The notes: generated by a model from the letters alone, not told the origin. DNA of 64,000 bases from Actinomycetes bacterium (GCA_045807285.1 JBJMHR010000021.1:90612-154611); one strand, 5' to 3'; positions 34,830 through 44,113 are shown, counted from the first letter of the stretch. A program made the numbers and translations.

Positions 34830-35724
34830 CCGCAAAGTCGGCTTGCTCACCGGTGCGGACGGGCCGGCGTTCGCGATCGACCAGGCCACGCTCGACGACA
34901 TCGGCCTCGAGGTTGTCGAGACGAACGGAGCCCTGCCATTGCAGCTGCCGCGACGACAGGTCGTCGTCAGCGAAAGCGCGCTCGAAGACACCAAGACAGC
35001 CGACCGGCTGGCGTCGTTAGCCCTCGGCGGCCTGCACGTCATCCGGTTCGCGGACTACTACGAGCGGCGGCAACGCCGCGTGCTGCTGGATGCGGTGGAC
35101 GAACGCTGGTTCTTCTTCGACACGCCCCTGCGGGCGCGACCGGCGTACTCCATCTTCAAATCGGTGACGGACCTGGTCGCGGGTCTCGTCGGCTCGTTGC
35201 TCGTGCTGTTGGTGATCCCGTTCGTCTGGGTTGCCGTCCGGCTCGACGACGGCGGCCCGATGCTGTTCCGGCAGGAACGCGTCGGCCTTCGCGGCCACAC
35301 CTTCGACATCTGGAAGTTCCGCACGATGCACGTCGACGCCGAGGCCGCCGGTCCATCGTGGGCAAGCGCAGCCGACGAACGCATCACTCGCGTGGGTCGG
35401 TTGCTGCGACTCAGCCGGCTCGACGAGCTGCCGCAATTCTTCAACGTCATCGCGGGCCAGATGAGCCTGATCGGACCGCGGCCGGAACGCCCCGTTTTCG
35501 TCCGTACGCTCGGTCGAGCCATCGCGTACTACGACCGGCGGCACATGACCAGGCCCGGGATCACGGGCTGGGCCACCGTGCGGTTCGGGTACGGCGACAG
35601 CGTCAACGACAAGTGGCGCTCACACGCCTACGACCTGTACTACCTGAAGCACCGGTCGATCCGGCTCGACCTCGAGATCCTCGCCCGCACCGCCATCGTG
35701 ATGCTGCTCCGGCGCGGGCAATGA
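34816..35724 (+). CDS. Polyprenyl-phosphate glycosyl-1-phosphate transferase (bacterial sugar transferase, WbaP C-terminal-domain type)
   Basis: One TM. Contains PMLFRQERVGL, FDIWKFRTM, DELPQFFNVIAGQMSLIGPRP and RPGITGWA motifs (PF02397). Confidence 0.85.
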   Translation: MYRPDRKVGLLTGADGPAFAIDQATLDDIGLEVVETNGALPLQLPRRQVVVSESALEDTKTADRLASLALGGLHVIRFADYYERRQRRVLLDAVDERWFFFDTPLRARPAYSIFKSVTDLVAGLVGSLLVLLVIPFVWVAVRLDDGGPMLFRQERVGLRGHTFDIWKFRTMHVDAEAAGPSWASAADERITRVGRLLRLSRLDELPQFFNVIAGQMSLIGPRPERPVFVRTLGRAIAYYDRRHMTRPGITGWATVRFGYGDSVNDKWRSHAYDLYYLKHRSIRLDLEILARTAIVMLLRRGQ

Positions 35725-36578
35725 TCGCCACACGTGCGGAAACGCCGCGGATCTCCGTCGTCATGACGGTCTACAACGGCGAGCGTTACATTTCCGACGC
35801 CATCGAGAGCATCCAGCAACAGAGTCTGCGCGACTTCGAGCTCATCGTGGTGAACGACGGCTCGACCGACCAAACCACGGGGATCCTCGCTGCTCTCGAC
35901 GACCCGCGCGTGCACGTCATCCAGCGCCCGCACGTGGGGCGGGTGCCGGCGCTGAACGAGGCACTGTCGCGGTGTCGCGCGCCGTACGTCGCGAACCTGG
36001 ACGCCGATGACGTGGCCCTACCGGGTCGGCTCGAATGGACCACGGAGTTCCTCGACGCACACCCCGACACAGTCGCGATCGGTTCGGGTTGGGAGCCCTA
36101 CGTGCAGTCGCCCAGCCGGGCCCCGCGACGGCTGCCGCGCAGTGACCGCGCGATCCGGTGGAGCTTCTTGTTGCGCAACCCGATGTTCAACAGCTCGGTC
36201 ACATATCGCACCGACGCACTACGCGCGATCGGTGGATTCTCGATGGCGTACGCCGACCGCCTGCACGACGCCGATGCGGTGTTGCGCATCGCAAGCCACG
36301 GCCGGCTGCGCAACCTCGATCAGGCACTGTCGGCGCGCCGGCTGCATGAGCTCCAGCACTTCGCCCGAGTCGACGCCGGTCGCCGGGCCGCGCTGCACGC
36401 TCAGATGCGGTGGCGGGCGGCAAGCCTGCTCGGCTTTCCGCCGTACCTCCGACCGCTGGCCTACACCGTCGCGACCGTGGCAGCGACCCGGTCGCTATTC
36501 GTCATCGGCGTGCTCGGTCGCAACGGCCGGGTCGACCGACGGCGGGCGGTCCGGCCGGCACCTGCCGAGGCGCGGTGA
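35721..36578 (+). CDS. Glycosyltransferase family 2 (GT-A)
   Basis: ATGA overlap start. ISVVMTVYNGERYISDAIESI...ELIVVNDGSTD and DADD motifs. Confidence 0.85.
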   Translation: MIATRAETPRISVVMTVYNGERYISDAIESIQQQSLRDFELIVVNDGSTDQTTGILAALDDPRVHVIQRPHVGRVPALNEALSRCRAPYVANLDADDVALPGRLEWTTEFLDAHPDTVAIGSGWEPYVQSPSRAPRRLPRSDRAIRWSFLLRNPMFNSSVTYRTDALRAIGGFSMAYADRLHDADAVLRIASHGRLRNLDQALSARRLHELQHFARVDAGRRAALHAQMRWRAASLLGFPPYLRPLAYTVATVAATRSLFVIGVLGRNGRVDRRRAVRPAPAEAR

Positions 36579-37762
36579 AAGTTCTCTACGTCTGCCTCGA
36601 CCCGGGCATCCCGGTGGGGTCGGCAAAAGGTGCATCGGTGCACGTCTGCGAGATGATCCGGGCGCTTGCGCAAGAGGGTCATGAGACGGCGCTGATCGCC
36701 CGTGAGGTCGTGGCCACCCCTGTCGCGCCGAGCCTGGTCACCGAGCTCGGCCCGCCGCCGCACGGTCGTCGCCTGCCACTCATCGGGGCGGCGGTCATGC
36801 GGTACGACGACAGGCGGGTTCGCCGTGCAGTGTCGGCAGCACTACGCCGGTTCGGACCTGACCTCGTCTACGAGCGGTACGCCCTCGGGCGCTCGGCGGT
36901 TGGCTCCATCGCGCGCAGGCACGGCGCCCGCCGGCTGCTCGAGGTCAACGCGCCGCTCGTGGCCGAACGCGCGCTCGTTGCCGGACGGAACCCGAGTGCG
37001 GCTGCAACCGCTGCAGAACAGGCGACGTGGCGTAGCGCCGACCTCGTCGTCGTGCCGTCCCATCCACTCGCCGACCTCGTCCGCAGTGCGGGGCAGCGAA
37101 ACGTCGTCGTCGCGCCGAACGCCGTCGACCCAGATCTGTTCACGCCTACGACCGGCTCGTCGACCGCGCTGCGCGAAAGGCTCGGACTGACCGACCGGCT
37201 CGTGGTCGGCTTCGCCGGTAGCGCCCGGATCTGGCACGACCTGCCGACGCTGGTTGCCGCGGTCGCGATGCTGCCAGCGCGGATGCGCGCCGCTCTGCTG
37301 GTGATCGGCGCGTCCCCACCCGAGGACGTCGTGTCCGATGCGACGCGTCGCGGCGTTGTACTCATCGCGACCGGGCCACTGCCCCATCAGGCCGTACCCG
37401 CACATCTGGGTTGCGTCGACGTCGCGGTCGCAAGCCTGCGGCCGGATCCGAACCTGTCCTACTTCTCGCCGTTGAAGGCCCTCGAATACCTCGCGTCCGG
37501 TTGCCCGACGGTGGTCGCAGACGTCGGCGACCTGCGCGCGCTCGCCGAATGCGGTGTCGCGATGTCCTATCGTGCCGGCGAAGCTGCGAGCCTGGCAGCG
37601 GCAGTGACCAGAGTCGCCAGCGATGCGAGTCTCCAACAACGGCTCCGCGAGGCGGGCCGTGCGTATGCGTTGACGCGCACATGGCGCAACGTCGCTGCGA
37701 TGGTGGTACGGGCGAGGAACGACTCCATCGCCCGCACCGATGAGCCAGTGAGCACCTCATGA
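36575..37762 (+). CDS. Glycosyltransferase family 4 (second copy)
   Basis: GTGA overlap start. MKVLYVCLDPGIPVGSAKGASVHVCEMIRAL N-terminus. C-terminal EX7E-like region (SPLKALEYLASGCPTVVADVG). Confidence 0.8.
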   Translation: MKVLYVCLDPGIPVGSAKGASVHVCEMIRALAQEGHETALIAREVVATPVAPSLVTELGPPPHGRRLPLIGAAVMRYDDRRVRRAVSAALRRFGPDLVYERYALGRSAVGSIARRHGARRLLEVNAPLVAERALVAGRNPSAAATAAEQATWRSADLVVVPSHPLADLVRSAGQRNVVVAPNAVDPDLFTPTTGSSTALRERLGLTDRLVVGFAGSARIWHDLPTLVAAVAMLPARMRAALLVIGASPPEDVVSDATRRGVVLIATGPLPHQAVPAHLGCVDVAVASLRPDPNLSYFSPLKALEYLASGCPTVVADVGDLRALAECGVAMSYRAGEAASLAAAVTRVASDASLQQRLREAGRAYALTRTWRNVAAMVVRARNDSIARTDEPVSTS

Positions 37763-38895
37763 GCTCCGCAAGGCCGTCAAAGGTCGCGGCTGTCGCCATG
37801 TCCGCCGGTGTGCTGTTCGGGCTCATCGGCTGCGCAGGCTCGCCGCACCCGAAAGCGCCGGTCGTGACGACACCGCCCACGGCGTCCGCGTCGCCGACAC
37901 CGTTGCGGACTGCGGGCTTCGCGTTCGGCTTCTACTCGGCCGGGTTGCGGCTCGTGGACTGTTACGGCACCTGCCGGCCCGGCACGAAGGAGTACGCCGA
38001 GCAGCAGGCCAACCGGCAACGGATGGCGGACCTGCAGGCAAAGCACGTCACGTTCGTGACGAACAACGAGAGCCTCGTGAAGGTGTACCGCCACTACCCG
38101 GATGCGGTGCTGACCTACCTCAACGAGCTCCATGCGCACCACATCCGGGTGTCGTACTCCGCCGCCTCGGGCGCCGGCATGTGGTTCACGCATGGTGTGT
38201 TCGATCCGACCGCCGCGCGAACGGCATTCGCCCGGACCGACCTGAACCACGACGGGGTGTCCGACCTCGACGGCCGACTGGACTTGCTCTACCAAGGCCA
38301 CGAGGTGCTGGAGTGGGCCACACACGCGCAACGCGTGCAGATCTACCGCGTGGCCAAGAAGTGGTTCCCGCACACGCCGGTGGCCTTCTACTACGCCGGC
38401 ATGTACCGGCCGTTCGACCCTGCCTGGGCGAACCGGTCACATGCCGGTGGCCCCGGCGGCGTCTGGCGTGACTACGCGTACGGCCCTGGCGAGGCCGACG
38501 TCGTCCTCGTCAACGTGCGCCGCAATGCAACACCGGACACGCTCGACAACGTGGACGAGGGGGGCGGCGGCTTCAATGCGGCCGCCTTCGCCGCAGCCGC
38601 ACGCAAGACTGTGGACGTCGTGCACCGCAGCACACCGAGTGTGCCGATCTTCGTCTCGACGAACATCGCGAGCGACACTGCGATGGCGAGCAATCCGGCG
38701 GCGATGTGGAGTGCCACCGATCTCACCTCGTGGTACCACGCGCTTGCTGCCATTCCGGGTGTCGCCGGAGTGCAGCTGCGCAGCTACGGGCGCTTCACGT
38801 ATGACCTCGCGAATCCGCGCTACTCCGGTCAACAGGCCACCTGGAGCAGCCTCGGCGCGCTCGCCGCGCGGCACCCGACCAAAGGATCGCTATGA
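37759..38895 (+). CDS. Secreted lipoprotein of unknown function (possible glycan-processing enzyme)
   Basis: ATGA overlap start. Lipobox LIGC. 378 aa with a globular W/Y-rich domain. No motif recognised. Confidence 0.55.
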   Translation: MSSARPSKVAAVAMSAGVLFGLIGCAGSPHPKAPVVTTPPTASASPTPLRTAGFAFGFYSAGLRLVDCYGTCRPGTKEYAEQQANRQRMADLQAKHVTFVTNNESLVKVYRHYPDAVLTYLNELHAHHIRVSYSAASGAGMWFTHGVFDPTAARTAFARTDLNHDGVSDLDGRLDLLYQGHEVLEWATHAQRVQIYRVAKKWFPHTPVAFYYAGMYRPFDPAWANRSHAGGPGGVWRDYAYGPGEADVVLVNVRRNATPDTLDNVDEGGGGFNAAAFAAAARKTVDVVHRSTPSVPIFVSTNIASDTAMASNPAAMWSATDLTSWYHALAAIPGVAGVQLRSYGRFTYDLANPRYSGQQATWSSLGALAARHPTKGSL

Positions 38896-40118
38896 CGATG
38901 GTCTACGTGCTCGGGGCCTTTCCCAAAGTCTCCGAGACATTCATCTCCGGAGAAATCGCCGAGCTACGGCGCCGGGGCGTAGACGTCACGGTCTTCTCGC
39001 TGAGACACCCCCTGGAGCCGGGGCCGGCGCAGCCGGAGGACGCCGCGATCCTCGACTGCACCACCTACCTACCGGTCGGGCGGCGCGGGACGTTGTGCAT
39101 GGCGGCCGAGGTGATGCGACTGTTCGCTGAGCATCCCGGTCGTGCCACCGGCACAGCGTGGTGGGCGCTACGCCGCGCGATGACCGCGATGAGCAGGGGC
39201 GACCTGCTTCGATTCGCGCAGGCCGCCTACATCAGCCGCCGACTGCCCGAGTCAGCGGAACACCTGCACGCGCACTTCGCGCACGGTCCGGCCACGTGCG
39301 CGGCCATGGTGTCCCGGCTCTGCGGCGTGCCCTACTCGTTCACCGCACATGCGCGGGACATCTTCGAGTACGCCGACAAAAGGTCCGTGCGCGACAAGGT
39401 AGCCACGGCACGAGTTGTCATCGCGATCAGCGAGCACGGTGGTCGTCGCGTTGTGGAGCTCGCAGGTGACCGCCATGCCGACCGCGTTCAGATCGTGCCC
39501 AACGGCATCGACTTGACCCGGTTCGCGCGGCGAGCGACCGAACCGACCGGGCCACCCCGCGTGCTGTGCGTGGGTCGCTTGGTGGAGAAGAAGGGCCAGG
39601 ACACGCTGCTGCGCGCAATCGGGATGCTCGCCGACGAAGGGCGCATGGTGCAGTGCGAGCTCATCGGTGCGGGTCCGCTCCGGGCCGAGTTGGAGCGGAC
39701 TGTCCACTGGCTCGGCATCGGCGCCCACGTGAGCTTCCGTGGTTCGCTCGATGCCATCGGAGTGCGGGCGGCGTACGACGCAGCAACCGTGTTCGCGCTG
39801 CCTTGTCAGACCGACTCTCACGGCGACCAGGACGGCCTGCCGGTGAGCCTCGTCGAGGCCATGGCGGTGGGCGTCCCGGTGATCAGCACCGGGATCGCTG
39901 GGATCCCGGAGCTCATCACCGACGGCGTCTCCGGGTTGCTCGTCGAGCCACACGACGCGCGCGGGTTGGCGGACGCGATTGCGCGCGTGATCGACGAGCC
40001 CGCCCTGCGCCGCTCGTTGACACATGCAGCACGGCAGGTCGCCGAGGCATACGACCGGACCCTGACCACCCAGCGCCTGCTGCAGGCCACCGGGATGGAG
40101 TACGCCCGTGCCCAGTAA
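38892..40118 (+). CDS. Glycosyltransferase family 4 (third copy, WcaL-like architecture)
   Basis: ATGA overlap start. N-terminal FPKVSETFISGEIAELRRRG. C-terminal DGLPVSLVEAMAVGVPVISTGIAGIPE. Confidence 0.8.
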   Translation: MTMVYVLGAFPKVSETFISGEIAELRRRGVDVTVFSLRHPLEPGPAQPEDAAILDCTTYLPVGRRGTLCMAAEVMRLFAEHPGRATGTAWWALRRAMTAMSRGDLLRFAQAAYISRRLPESAEHLHAHFAHGPATCAAMVSRLCGVPYSFTAHARDIFEYADKRSVRDKVATARVVIAISEHGGRRVVELAGDRHADRVQIVPNGIDLTRFARRATEPTGPPRVLCVGRLVEKKGQDTLLRAIGMLADEGRMVQCELIGAGPLRAELERTVHWLGIGAHVSFRGSLDAIGVRAAYDAATVFALPCQTDSHGDQDGLPVSLVEAMAVGVPVISTGIAGIPELITDGVSGLLVEPHDARGLADAIARVIDEPALRRSLTHAARQVAEAYDRTLTTQRLLQATGMEYARAQ

Positions 40119-41028
40119 CCGGAGCCGTGACCGGTCGGAACCGGTCGTCACGTTCTGCGTCGTCGGCGCGGGCAAGGCCGGGACGACGTGGCTGTTCGAG
40201 GTGCTGAGAGCGCATCCGGACGTCGTCATGGCGCGGGCCAAGGAAACGATGTACTTCGACGCGCAGTACGGCCGCGGCGTCGAGTGGTACCACTCGATGT
40301 TCCCTGCTGATGCGGTCGCGCCGACCGGTGAGGTCTCGAACACCTACCTCACTGCACCGTCCGCGCCCGCGCGAATAGCGGCGTACAACCCGCAAATGCA
40401 GCTCATCGCCTTGCTGCGTGACCCAGTGGACCGGGCGATGTCCAACTACCTCTTCTTCCTGCGCAACGGGCAGGTGCGCGGTTCGTTCGAGGAGGCGCTG
40501 GAGGCTCGGCCGGACCTGCTCGACCACGGCTTTTACGGACGCCACCTGCAGAACTACCTCGGGCACTTCCCAATGTCAGCCGTGCATCTCGAAGCGTTCG
40601 ACGACTTGGCGGCCGACCCGCACTCCGTTGCCGCGCGCGTGCTCACTCATCTGGGCTTGCCGGACACAGAGATACCGGCCGTCGCGGGCAGCCAGGTGCT
40701 TGCCGCGAGCGCACCGCGCAGCCGCGCAGTCGCGGCAGTGATGAAGAGCGGCGCCGTCATGGTCCGGCAGCTCGGTGCACCTGGCTTTGTCACCCGCGTC
40801 AAACGCGGGTCGCTGCCGCGGTATCTGTACCGGCCGCTCTCCGCCCGTCCCACGATGTCGCCGGAGACATCGGCCCGCTTGCGCGAGCTCTACACCGATG
40901 ACGTCGAGCTGCTCACGACATTGACGGGCCGCCACTGGGCGGACCTGTGGTGGGAACGCGAGCACGGAAAAGCCCTCGGGCGGAGCGACGGTCTCCCGTC
41001 CGCCCCGCCCGAGGGTGTCAGGCTCTAG
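40108..41028 (+). CDS. Sulfotransferase family protein (paralog 4)
   Basis: FCVVGAGKAGTTWL. KETMYFD...GRGVEWY. LIALLRDPVDRAMSNY. Confidence 0.8.
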   Translation: MPSNRSRDRSEPVVTFCVVGAGKAGTTWLFEVLRAHPDVVMARAKETMYFDAQYGRGVEWYHSMFPADAVAPTGEVSNTYLTAPSAPARIAAYNPQMQLIALLRDPVDRAMSNYLFFLRNGQVRGSFEEALEARPDLLDHGFYGRHLQNYLGHFPMSAVHLEAFDDLAADPHSVAARVLTHLGLPDTEIPAVAGSQVLAASAPRSRAVAAVMKSGAVMVRQLGAPGFVTRVKRGSLPRYLYRPLSARPTMSPETSARLRELYTDDVELLTTLTGRHWADLWWEREHGKALGRSDGLPSAPPEGVRL

Positions 41029-42857
41029 TAGCCGTGCCCTGAAAGCCAGGCCGACTTCGCACTGTTCCAGACGTTGATGTCGTTGGTCATCGTGACGCCC
41101 GCCGGCAGCTTGCCCGGGTAAGGCTTGCTGCTGGTCCACACGAACTTCACATTGGTGAACGTGCCGGTCGGCCAGCTGTCGGCGCACTCATGGTTGCCGT
41201 AGTCCTGCCGGATGACGACGTTCTTGAGGTTGACCGGGCCGTGGAAACCGTCCATCTTCCACATCGGGCCGTTGGCCTTGCCGTTGATGACCCACTGCGT
41301 GCAGCTGCCGCCGGAGGTGCTTCCCGGCTCGGGCTGCACGTAGAACAGCGAGTCCTGGATGTCGACCTTGAACGCCTTGGTGCTGCCGTTGGAGGACCGC
41401 CACGAGATACCGGTGTGGCAACCGTCGAACAGGCTGTCCCGCACGATCAGATCTCCGTGCGTGATGTCGGAGATGCAGTCGTCGCGCGTGTACGTCTCGT
41501 ACACACCGTCGTACGTCACCGGCGCAGAGTTCCAGGTGCGAATACCGTCGACGCCAGCGTTGTCGATCCGGACGTCCTTCAGGTACGCCGACCCGTTGAG
41601 CGTGACGCCGGCACCGTTGCAGCACTGCTTCATCTGCCACCACTTGATCGTGCGGTCGATGTTGCTGTTCACGGTGACACCGACCAGGCAGTTGCTGGAT
41701 CCGTTGAGCGTGACCGGGGTCAGGCTGCTCGTGGTCTCCGTGTACGTCGCACCACGACCGTCGTACGTCGTGCTGCTTGCGCCATCGCTGAACGTCGAGC
41801 CGCTGTGCATGGTCACGGTGTGCGTCGGGCAGGTGGTCGGCACTGTGCCACCGGAGGTGGGCGGCGACTGACCGGGCACCGGGCTACCACTCGGCGACGG
41901 CTGCGGACTCGGGCCACCACTTGGCGGCGGAGTCGGCTGACCGGTCGGGCTCGTCGACGGCTGCGGGGACGGATTGGAACCACCGGAGTGCGCCGCAGTC
42001 CAGCGAGCCTTCGCGTTGTCCCACACGCTGACGTCGCGGGTCATCGTGACACCGGCCGGCAGCTTGCCCGGGTACGGCTTCGAGTTGTTCCAGACCAGCC
42101 AGACGTTGTTGTACGTGCCGCTGGGCCACGTGTCGACGCACTGGTAGTTGGCAAGGTCCATGCGGATCACGACGTTGGTGACGGTGACGCCCTTCTGGAC
42201 GCCGTCCATCTTCCACATCGTGCCGTTGTCCTTGCCACCTTGGACCCACGACTTGCAGTTGCCGCCGCCGCCGTGGTCAGTCATCGGCTTGATGTAGAAC
42301 AGGCTGTTCTGCACGTTGACGGCGAACGGGGTGTGGTTGTTGTTGTTCGTCGACCGCCACGAGATGCCCGTGTGGCAACCATCGAACAAGCTCCCGCGCA
42401 CATCAAGGGCCCCGTGCGTGATGTCGGAGATGCAGTCATCACGAGTGTCCGTCGAATGGGCACCGATGATGGTCGTCGCGGCATGGTTCCAGGTACGGAT
42501 GCCGTCCACGGCGATGTTCTGGGTCCGCGCGTTCACCAAGGTGACGTTTCCGGAATCGACCGTTATGGCAGCGCCGTTGCAACACTGCTTCAGCTGCCAC
42601 CAGGTCTGGCTCGCCGGGAAGTTACCGGTGACGCTGACGCCGGCATAACACTGGTTGTTGCCGGAGACCCGGATGGGGGTCAGGTTGCTTTTGCTCTGCT
42701 GGTAGGTGCCGCCGTTATGCGCACTCGTTCCAGCTGGGCAGGCTGCGCTCGGTGACGACGTCGTCGCGTTCGAGTGCGCCAACAACACCGCGGCCGGGCC
42801 AACGATTGGCGCCGTCAGCGCCAGCGCGCTTACCGCCTTGACCAACCCGATTCGCAT
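41025..42857 (-). CDS. Secreted protein with two tandem homologous Cys-rich ~240-aa domains separated by a Pro/Ser/Thr linker
   Basis: Signal peptide. Domain 1 (aa ~35-285) and domain 2 (aa ~345-610) share WWQ.KQCCNGA...VDGIRTWN...RDDCISDITHG.L.VR.SLFDGCHTGISWRS...GKLPAGVTMT. The linker is PSPQPSTSPTGQPTPPPSGGPSPQPSPSGSPVPGQSPPTSGG. Confidence 0.6.
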   Translation of the reverse strand: MRIGLVKAVSALALTAPIVGPAAVLLAHSNATTSSPSAACPAGTSAHNGGTYQQSKSNLTPIRVSGNNQCYAGVSVTGNFPASQTWWQLKQCCNGAAITVDSGNVTLVNARTQNIAVDGIRTWNHAATTIIGAHSTDTRDDCISDITHGALDVRGSLFDGCHTGISWRSTNNNNHTPFAVNVQNSLFYIKPMTDHGGGGNCKSWVQGGKDNGTMWKMDGVQKGVTVTNVVIRMDLANYQCVDTWPSGTYNNVWLVWNNSKPYPGKLPAGVTMTRDVSVWDNAKARWTAAHSGGSNPSPQPSTSPTGQPTPPPSGGPSPQPSPSGSPVPGQSPPTSGGTVPTTCPTHTVTMHSGSTFSDGASSTTYDGRGATYTETTSSLTPVTLNGSSNCLVGVTVNSNIDRTIKWWQMKQCCNGAGVTLNGSAYLKDVRIDNAGVDGIRTWNSAPVTYDGVYETYTRDDCISDITHGDLIVRDSLFDGCHTGISWRSSNGSTKAFKVDIQDSLFYVQPEPGSTSGGSCTQWVINGKANGPMWKMDGFHGPVNLKNVVIRQDYGNHECADSWPTGTFTNVKFVWTSSKPYPGKLPAGVTMTNDINVWNSAKSAWLSGHGY

Positions 42858-42891
42858 GATGACTAGTCCCTTCCGATGGGGTGCTTGGGCC

Positions 42892-42946
42892 TAGTGGGCT
42901 ATACGACGCGTGCGCAAAATTGCTTTAGTGGGTGTACGCAAGTGAC
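42892..42946. repeat. Direct repeat TAGTGGG-N2/4-TACG...CGCA (two copies, 34 bp apart) in divergent promoter
   Basis: tagtgggctatacgacgcgtgcgca at 42892-42916 and tagtgggtgtacgca at 42926-42940, read directly. Confidence 0.3.
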
Positions 42947-43151
42947 CCGAACGGCCTAACTCATGGACGACATGCAGCGCGTATCCGGCATAACGACGCG
43001 TCCTAGGTGCCCAAAGTCGCGAACTACGTCACGCCCGTAAAGCACTACCGCTCTTGTGGTCATTTGGGTGAGTGCGTCCACCGACGTTTCTATGACGACG
43101 CAGCGTCACCACTCTCTTAATCTGCTCGCTCAGCACTTGGAAAGGCGAGCA

Positions 43152-43511
43152 ATGTCCGTTCCACGTCGGGGTTACCCGGTCCACGGCGACCAGCCGCGGA
43201 TCGTCGACGTACCAGCCCCTCGCGACCGTCAGCTCAACCACCGGCGGTGGACGGAACTGGTCAACCAGCTGTTACCCCCGTTGTGGAGTGCTCTCAGCAC
43301 TGAGCGTGCTCCGGTGGAGATGCGGCACGAGGCCTGCGTGGTCGCTTGGTTGCGGCTCACGCAACAGCCGGAGGTCGTGACTGAGGCAGACACGGCAACG
43401 TGGCTGCTCACGACCGCACGCATCGAGCTGGGCCGGGTGCTTGCTCGCTACGAAATGGTTGCCCGCGAGGTTCTCAGGAACCCGCGCGGAGACAAAGGAG
43501 CCCTGCCGTGA
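43152..43511 (+). CDS. Sigma-70 region-2-like small protein (truncated ECF-sigma-like)
   Basis: RWTELVNQLLPPLWSAL...HEACVVAWLRL resembles sigma regions 2.1-2.2 only. Its stop overlaps the start of the downstream ECF sigma gene (GTGA). The ORF-track start at 43056 is an alternative. Confidence 0.4.
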   Translation: MSVPRRGYPVHGDQPRIVDVPAPRDRQLNHRRWTELVNQLLPPLWSALSTERAPVEMRHEACVVAWLRLTQQPEVVTEADTATWLLTTARIELGRVLARYEMVAREVLRNPRGDKGALP

Positions 43512-44113
43512 CCGTTGTGACCGTCGACGCTGAAGACCTCGTACGACGTGCTGGGACCGGAGACCGGACCGCGTGGACGGGCCTCGTCGACGCCTACGCC
43601 GGGATGATCTTCAGCATCGCCCGCTCGCACCGGCTCAGCGAGGCAGACGCGACGGACGTCAGCCAGACCACGTGGTTGCGCCTGATAGAGCATCTCGACC
43701 GGATCAACGACCCGTCGCGCGTGGGTGCCTGGCTCGCGACGACGGCCCGGCGCGAGAGCCTGCGCGTCATCGGCATCTCCTCACGCCAACTGCCGACCGG
43801 CGAGAGCACCGAGCTCGAGCCACGCATCCGTTCTGACGTCGAGCTCGACGCAGCGTTGCTCGCCAGCGAACGCGACGCTCGGCTGCAGAAGGCGCTCGCG
43901 CAGCTGCCGGCACGCTGCGTCACGATGCTCCTGCTGCTCACGGGCGATGACGCGCTGAGCTACCAGGAGATCTCCGAACGCCTGGGCATGCCGGTCGGAT
44001 CGATCGGCCCGACCAGGGCCCGGTGCCTGCAGAAGCTGCGGGTAATCCTCGACGAGATGGATGCCGAAGACGCCGAACCGGCAGCCCACGTAGGAGTACG
44101 TGTGCAAGCATGA
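43508..44113 (+). CDS. RNA polymerase ECF-type sigma factor
   Basis: Region 2 (WTGLVDAYAGMIFSIARSHRLSEADATDVSQTTWLRLIEH) and region 4 (LPARCVTMLLLLTGDDALSYQEISERLGMPVGSIGPTRARCLQKLR). GTG start at 43508; the ORF track gives 43400. Confidence 0.75.
   Translation: MTVVTVDAEDLVRRAGTGDRTAWTGLVDAYAGMIFSIARSHRLSEADATDVSQTTWLRLIEHLDRINDPSRVGAWLATTARRESLRVIGISSRQLPTGESTELEPRIRSDVELDAALLASERDARLQKALAQLPARCVTMLLLLTGDDALSYQEISERLGMPVGSIGPTRARCLQKLRVILDEMDAEDAEPAAHVGVRVQA

Noticed and set aside
41190-42755. 521-aa plus-strand ORF
   Set aside because: Antisense to the tandem Cys-rich secreted protein gene. Arg/Val/Asp-rich.
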